Of a DNA stretch of 64,000 nucleotides, positions 59,554-64,000 are shown in pieces. Position numbers and translations under genes: made by a program. Below the pieces are notes generated by a model. The model saw only the letters and a program-made list of their open reading frames with translations. It searched no databases and was not told where the DNA came from. The first letter of the stretch is position 1; each line of letters starts with the position of its first letter. The stretch is from contig DXZN01000005.1 in assembly GCA_019419645.1 (NCBI GenBank), positions 205 through 64,204 on the forward strand, in the 5' to 3' direction. The DNA is from Collinsella sp. (GTDB taxonomy: Bacteria > Actinomycetota > Coriobacteriia > Coriobacteriales > Coriobacteriaceae).

Positions 59554-60551
59554 TACGGCGGGCAGCGACCGACATAACCGAGCTCTACGCACCGCAGTTT
59601 GAGCAGTTTGGCCTGGAGCTTACCGGCAAGGGCGCCGTCTTTACCGGCGAGGTGGCAAACGATCGGGCGCACGGACGCGCATGGATCATGCCTCTCTCCC
59701 CCGCCTGCATCGTCATGGAGCATTTCATTACCCCGACGCACGATATGTACCTGGCCGAATACACACCCGAACCGTACGCATGCGTGAGCGAAGTCAGCGC
59801 GCCCACGCTCATGTGCATGCCCGAGGCTGGCATAACGCCTGCGAACCTTAAACCCTTGCATGGACCGTGGCCGAACAGCGCGGTGTGCAGCTTTATCCAA
59901 GATAGCTGCGGCGAGGAACTAAGTCCGCTGTTTGCAGGGCAGCTTTATCACTCGCGCTCGGTGCTCTTTTTGCCCGGGTATTTTGACGAGCTGGAGCACC
60001 GCTATCCCACCGAGTTCGCGGGGGTCTTTGAGGCGTTTGCCGAGCCATGGCACGAGGAAGCGACGTCCGCCATCTGCCACACACTGCACCGGATTAACGA
60101 GGACCGCGCCCGCACCGTAGGCGGACACGTCTATATGCAAGGCATCGTGGAGACCATGGTCGCGGAGCTCGCCTGTTCGCGCGCGGCCCACAAGCAGGCG
60201 CAGCAGGCGGCAGACACACGCGCCAGCGTGACCATTGCCGAAGAAGCAACGGCGATGATTGAGTGCGAGCTCGACAAAGGCAGACGTGTGGGTATCAACG
60301 AGGTGGCCGAGAGGCTCTACACAAGCCGCTCCAAGCTATGCGCCACCTTTAAGGCCCAAACTGGCGAGTCCCTGGGCGCCTACATTCGCAGACGTCGTAT
60401 GGAGCGAGCACAGGACCTTTTGGCCGATAGCGCGCTCACGATAGCGCAGGTGGCAGAGCGTCTAGGCTACCCTCAGCAGGCCGCCTTCGCCCAAGCCTTC
60501 AAGCAACACACCGGCACCACCCCCACCACCTGGCGCTCCCAACATCAATAA
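59547..60551 (+). CDS. AraC family regulator (PchR/YbtA-like); start uncertain
   Basis: C-terminal SRSKL...FK..TG, RME.A..LL, IAQVAERLGY...F..AFK...G.TP. Confidence 0.88.
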   Translation: MQIRRAATDITELYAPQFEQFGLELTGKGAVFTGEVANDRAHGRAWIMPLSPACIVMEHFITPTHDMYLAEYTPEPYACVSEVSAPTLMCMPEAGITPANLKPLHGPWPNSAVCSFIQDSCGEELSPLFAGQLYHSRSVLFLPGYFDELEHRYPTEFAGVFEAFAEPWHEEATSAICHTLHRINEDRARTVGGHVYMQGIVETMVAELACSRAAHKQAQQAADTRASVTIAEEATAMIECELDKGRRVGINEVAERLYTSRSKLCATFKAQTGESLGAYIRRRRMERAQDLLADSALTIAQVAERLGYPQQAAFAQAFKQHTGTTPTTWRSQHQ

Positions 60552-60588
60552 AAAGACGGCAAAGGGACAGCCCCATGAGTTCCACACG

Positions 60589-60622
60589 CAATGTGACAAA
60601 GGGACTGTCCCTTTGTCACATT
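60589..60622. repeat. REP-like palindrome / right direct repeat of the ABC-AraC module
   Basis: AATGTGACAAAGGGAC-T-GTCCCTTTGTCACATT perfect dyad. Confidence 0.8.
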
Positions 60623-60703
60623 TACAAAAATGGGCGCGCCAGCGGCGCGCCCATTCACTCTATTCCATTCAGCCCGCCTGACCCGAACGGCCGAGTCGTT
60701 GCA

Positions 60704-60844
60704 GAACCCGGAAGCCCCGGCAGGGCGGGTGCTTGCTCAAAATGAGTTCCGCACGCAAAGAAGGCCACTTAATGTGGCCTTCGTCTTGCGCAGGACTGTT
60801 CGAAATTTTGAGGAAGCACCCGCCCTGCCGGGGCTTCCGGGTTC
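60704..60844 (-). repeat. Long hairpin element (40-bp arms, 1 mismatch, plus conserved core), copy 2
   Basis: Arms 60704-60743 and 60805-60844; minus-strand core ACAGTCCTGCGCAA..GAAGGCCACATTAAGTGGCCTTC..GTGCGGAACTC. Confidence 0.88.
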
Positions 60845-60848
60845 CCGC

Positions 60849-62525
60849 TTACGAGAGCGACGTTCTCAGCAACTCGTTGAAGAGCTTCGGATTGCCCTTG
60901 CCGCGGCTCGCCTTCATGCACTGGCCCACCAAAAAGCCGATGACCTTCTGGTTGCCGTCACGATACTGCTGCGCCTGATCGGCACAGTTTGCCAGCACCT
61001 CGTCCACAATCGGCTGCAGCGCGCCGGCATCACTCACCTGACGCATACCGCGCTCGTCGACGATCTTGTTGGGGTCGTCACCGGTCTGGGCCATGGCCTC
61101 AAAGACCTCGTGCGCTTGGTTGGAGCTGATGGCATCGGTCGCCAGCAGCTTAGCCAGCGCTGCCACCTGAGCCGGCGCAATGCCGGACTCGGCGAGCGAC
61201 ACGCCCGCACCCTTAAGGTAGGCGATCATCTCGTTGACCAGCAGGTTCGCGACCGTCTGGGCCTCCTTGCCAGCCATACCGGCAGCGGCAGCCTCAAAGA
61301 ACTCGGCAAACTCCGGGTCGCCGGCGATCTGCTCGGCGTCGGCCGCCTTAATGCCAAAGTCGGCCTCAAAACGGGCGCACTTGGCATCGGGCAGCTCGGG
61401 GATCTCGCCTCGGCAGCGGTCGATAAACTCGTCGTCCAGATCGAACGGCGCCAAGTCGGGATCGGGGAACAGACGGTAGTCGTCTGCCGTTTCCTTCACA
61501 CGCATGACCACAGTGCGCTTGCGGCTGGGCTCCCAGTGGCGGGTCTCCTGATAGATGATGCCGCCCTCCTCGAGCACCTCGGCCTGGCGGCAGATCTCGT
61601 AGGCAAGGCCATCGTGCAGGCTCTTAAACGAGTTAAGGTTCTTGAGCTCGGTCTTGGTGCCCAGCTTGGTCTCGCCGCGGCGGCGCAGCGATACGTTGCC
61701 GTCGCAGCGCATGGAACCCTTCTCCATGGAGCAGTCCGAAATGCCCAGCGTCACAAAGATGCGACGGAGCTTCTCCATAAACAGGCGAGCCTCCTCGGGC
61801 GTGCGCAGATCGGGCTCAGTCACGAGCTCAATCAGCGGCGTGCCGCAGCGGTTGTAGTCGACGAGCGACTCGGCCGCGGCGGTAATGCGGCCCTCGGCGC
61901 CACCCACGTGGACCATCTTGGCGGCGTCCTCCTCCATGTGGATGCGCAGGATGCGGATGGGCACCGTGTAGGAACCGTCCTCGCGGCGCTCGGGCATCTG
62001 CAGGTTGGAGGCATCGTAGCTGGCCAGATGGCCGGCGCGCTGGTTGCCCTCGCGCATGGTCGACGTCATGGACGTGGACAGGCCCTCTGCGTTGGCCGAA
62101 GCGCTCGCCAGACTCTGGGCCTCGGCCTCGCCAAACGCGCAGTCGGGGCGCTCGGCGGCACCGCGACCGGTCACGTCCAGGTCCAGGTGGCCGTACATGG
62201 CAAAGGCGACCGGGCCCTGCGTGGTCTGGAAGTTCTTGGCCATATCGGGATAGAAGTAGTGCTTGCGGTAGAACATCGAGTGGCGCTGGATCTCGCAGTT
62301 GGTGGCCAGACCGGCTTTGACGATGCTCTCGATGGCGCGCTTGTTGGGCACCGGCAGGGCGCCGGGCAGGCCCAGGCACACCGGGCACACGTTGGCGTTG
62401 GGCTCGTCATCGTGGCTGAGCTTGCAGTTGCAGAACATCTTGGTATCGAGTGCGGTGAGCTCGGTATGGATCTCCAGGCCGATCACGGCCTCCCAATCCT
62501 GCAGAACCTCGGAAAGCTCCTTCAT
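60849..62525 (-). CDS. gatB: Asp/Glu-tRNA amidotransferase subunit B
   Basis: VIGLEIH.EL, CPVCLGLPGALP, RKHYFYPD, HMEEDA, DYNR.G.PLIE, RCDGNVS, ELKNLNS. Confidence 0.97.
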   Translation of the reverse strand: MKELSEVLQDWEAVIGLEIHTELTALDTKMFCNCKLSHDDEPNANVCPVCLGLPGALPVPNKRAIESIVKAGLATNCEIQRHSMFYRKHYFYPDMAKNFQTTQGPVAFAMYGHLDLDVTGRGAAERPDCAFGEAEAQSLASASANAEGLSTSMTSTMREGNQRAGHLASYDASNLQMPERREDGSYTVPIRILRIHMEEDAAKMVHVGGAEGRITAAAESLVDYNRCGTPLIELVTEPDLRTPEEARLFMEKLRRIFVTLGISDCSMEKGSMRCDGNVSLRRRGETKLGTKTELKNLNSFKSLHDGLAYEICRQAEVLEEGGIIYQETRHWEPSRKRTVVMRVKETADDYRLFPDPDLAPFDLDDEFIDRCRGEIPELPDAKCARFEADFGIKAADAEQIAGDPEFAEFFEAAAAGMAGKEAQTVANLLVNEMIAYLKGAGVSLAESGIAPAQVAALAKLLATDAISSNQAHEVFEAMAQTGDDPNKIVDERGMRQVSDAGALQPIVDEVLANCADQAQQYRDGNQKVIGFLVGQCMKASRGKGNPKLFNELLRTSLS

Positions 62526-64000
62526 TACAGCTCGCCTCCCTTCCCGGCGAAATCGGGCGCGACGGAAAGTGCAGGCGCACCCGTGGCGGCATCGGCAAAG
62601 CCGCGCTCCAGGGCGCGGGCAAACGTGAGCAGCTGACGGTCCTTAAACGCCGGACCCACCAGCTGGGCAGAAACGGGCAGCTTGCTGTCCTCGCCCAGGC
62701 CCAGCGGCACCGAGATGCCACCGTTACCGCAAATGTTGAGCGAAATGGTGTACAGGTCGGAGAGGTACATCTGCGTGGGGTCGCTGATCTCGCCAAACTT
62801 AAAGGCCGTGCGCGGCGAGGCGGGCATGAGGATGGTGTCCACCTTGGCATACGCGGCGTCGTAGTCCTGCGTGATGAGCGTGCGGGCCTTTTGCGCGGCG
62901 TAGTAGTACTTGTCGTACACGCCCGAGGAGAGCAGATAGGCGCCGAGCATCTGACGGCGCTTGGCCTCGGCGCCAAAACCGTGAGCGCGCGACAGCGAGC
63001 TCTGGTCGGACAGGTTGGCGCAGCCCTCCTCCTGATAGCCGTAGCGAATGCCATCGAAGCGGGCCAGGTTGGAGAACGCCTCGGCCGGGCCGATGACGTA
63101 GTAGGCGGCGATGGCGGCGTCCAGGTGCGGCAGGTCGACCTCGACCAGCTCGGCGCCCTGGTTCTGCAGCTCCTGGGCGGCGCGCTGAACAGCGGCCTTG
63201 ACCTCGGGTGTCAGGCCCTCGGCCTCCATAAACGCGGGGATGATGCCCACGCGCTTGCCCTCGATGCTGTCGTTGAGATGCTCAGTAAAGTCGACGGCGC
63301 AATCCTGGCTGGTGCAGTCGTACGGATCGTGGCCCGCGCCGGTAAGCGCGTTCATGGCCAGCGCGACATCCTCGACCGTGCGGCCAAATGGGCCCACCTG
63401 GTCGAGCGACGAGCCAAAGGCAACCACGCCATAACGACTCACGGCACCATACGTGGGCTTAAAGCCCACCACGCCGCACAGCGATGCCGGCTGGCGAATG
63501 GAGCCGCCGGTGTCCGAGCCCAGTGATAGCGCGACCTCGCCCGCGGCGACGGCGGCAGCGGAGCCGCCCGAGGAGCCGCCGGGCACGCGCTCGGTATCCC
63601 AGGGGTTGTTGGTGCGGTGGAACGCCGAGCTCTCGGTGGAGCTGCCAAAGGCAAACTCGTCCATGTTGGCCTTGCCCATGGGCAGGCAGCCGGCGTCGAG
63701 CATGCGCTGGACGCAGGTGGCGGTGTAGACGCTCTGGTAGTCCCCGAGCATGCGGGAAGCGCAGGTGGTGCGTGTGCCCACGAGGTTCATGTTGTCCTTG
63801 ATGGCCAGCGGCACGCCCGCGAGCGGGGGCAGCGGCTTGCCTGCGGCACGGTCGGCATCCACGCGCGCAGCGGTCTCGAGCGCAAGCTCGGGCGCCACCT
63901 GCAGGAATGCCTGGACCCCGCCCTCGCGCGCCTCGATGGCGGCGAGGGAGGCCTGGGCCACCTCGGTAGCAGTAAAGTCGCCGGCGGCAACGCCCGCGGC
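62525..64000 (-). CDS. gatA: Asp/Glu-tRNA amidotransferase subunit A (5' end outside window)
   Basis: Amidase signature PGGSSGGSAAAVAA, GSDTGGSIRQPA, SNLARFDGIRYG; coupled to gatB. Confidence 0.97.
   Translation of the reverse strand, partial: AAGVAAGDFTATEVAQASLAAIEAREGGVQAFLQVAPELALETAARVDADRAAGKPLPPLAGVPLAIKDNMNLVGTRTTCASRMLGDYQSVYTATCVQRMLDAGCLPMGKANMDEFAFGSSTESSAFHRTNNPWDTERVPGGSSGGSAAAVAAGEVALSLGSDTGGSIRQPASLCGVVGFKPTYGAVSRYGVVAFGSSLDQVGPFGRTVEDVALAMNALTGAGHDPYDCTSQDCAVDFTEHLNDSIEGKRVGIIPAFMEAEGLTPEVKAAVQRAAQELQNQGAELVEVDLPHLDAAIAAYYVIGPAEAFSNLARFDGIRYGYQEEGCANLSDQSSLSRAHGFGAEAKRRQMLGAYLLSSGVYDKYYYAAQKARTLITQDYDAAYAKVDTILMPASPRTAFKFGEISDPTQMYLSDLYTISLNICGNGGISVPLGLGEDSKLPVSAQLVGPAFKDRQLLTFARALERGFADAATGAPALSVAPDFAGKGGEL

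Overview
High-GC bacterial chromosome segment. Gene content and style point to a gut Coriobacteriia genome, most likely Collinsella-like (inference). The core backbone is: the end of a type II topoisomerase B gene plus the A subunit, guaA, asparaginase, ychF, two glycerol dehydrogenases and an Fe-ADH, a fused murT-gatD, tRNA-Glu(TTC), GSIII glnA, metF with a split metH, nagB-crr-glmM, rpsI-rplM, tmRNA, gatB and partial gatA. An integrase-less accessory zone of about 14 kb lies between the topoisomerase and the guaA 3' end. It holds a TetR-controlled trio of class-M (SirTM-like) sirtuins with no macrodomain, and a damaged second copy of that module that has captured a radical-SAM mobile pair. 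It also holds MerR/flavodoxin/CMD-cupin genes and a three-methyltransferase cluster. An iron-type module (P1B ATPase, two ABC fusions, AraC) and a RelB-PIN TA pair lie near the right end. The most unusual signals are non-coding. (1) A repeat family sits behind both tRNA-Glu and tmRNA, with a shared core but arms copied from each host RNA's own T-arm/3' end. (2) A family of long hairpin elements has a conserved core (ACAGTCCTG..CACATTAAGTG..GTGCGGAACTC) and unrelated arms. (3) A one-sided, strand-specific loss of C in codons lies downstream of one such hairpin. All counts and alignments were done by eye.
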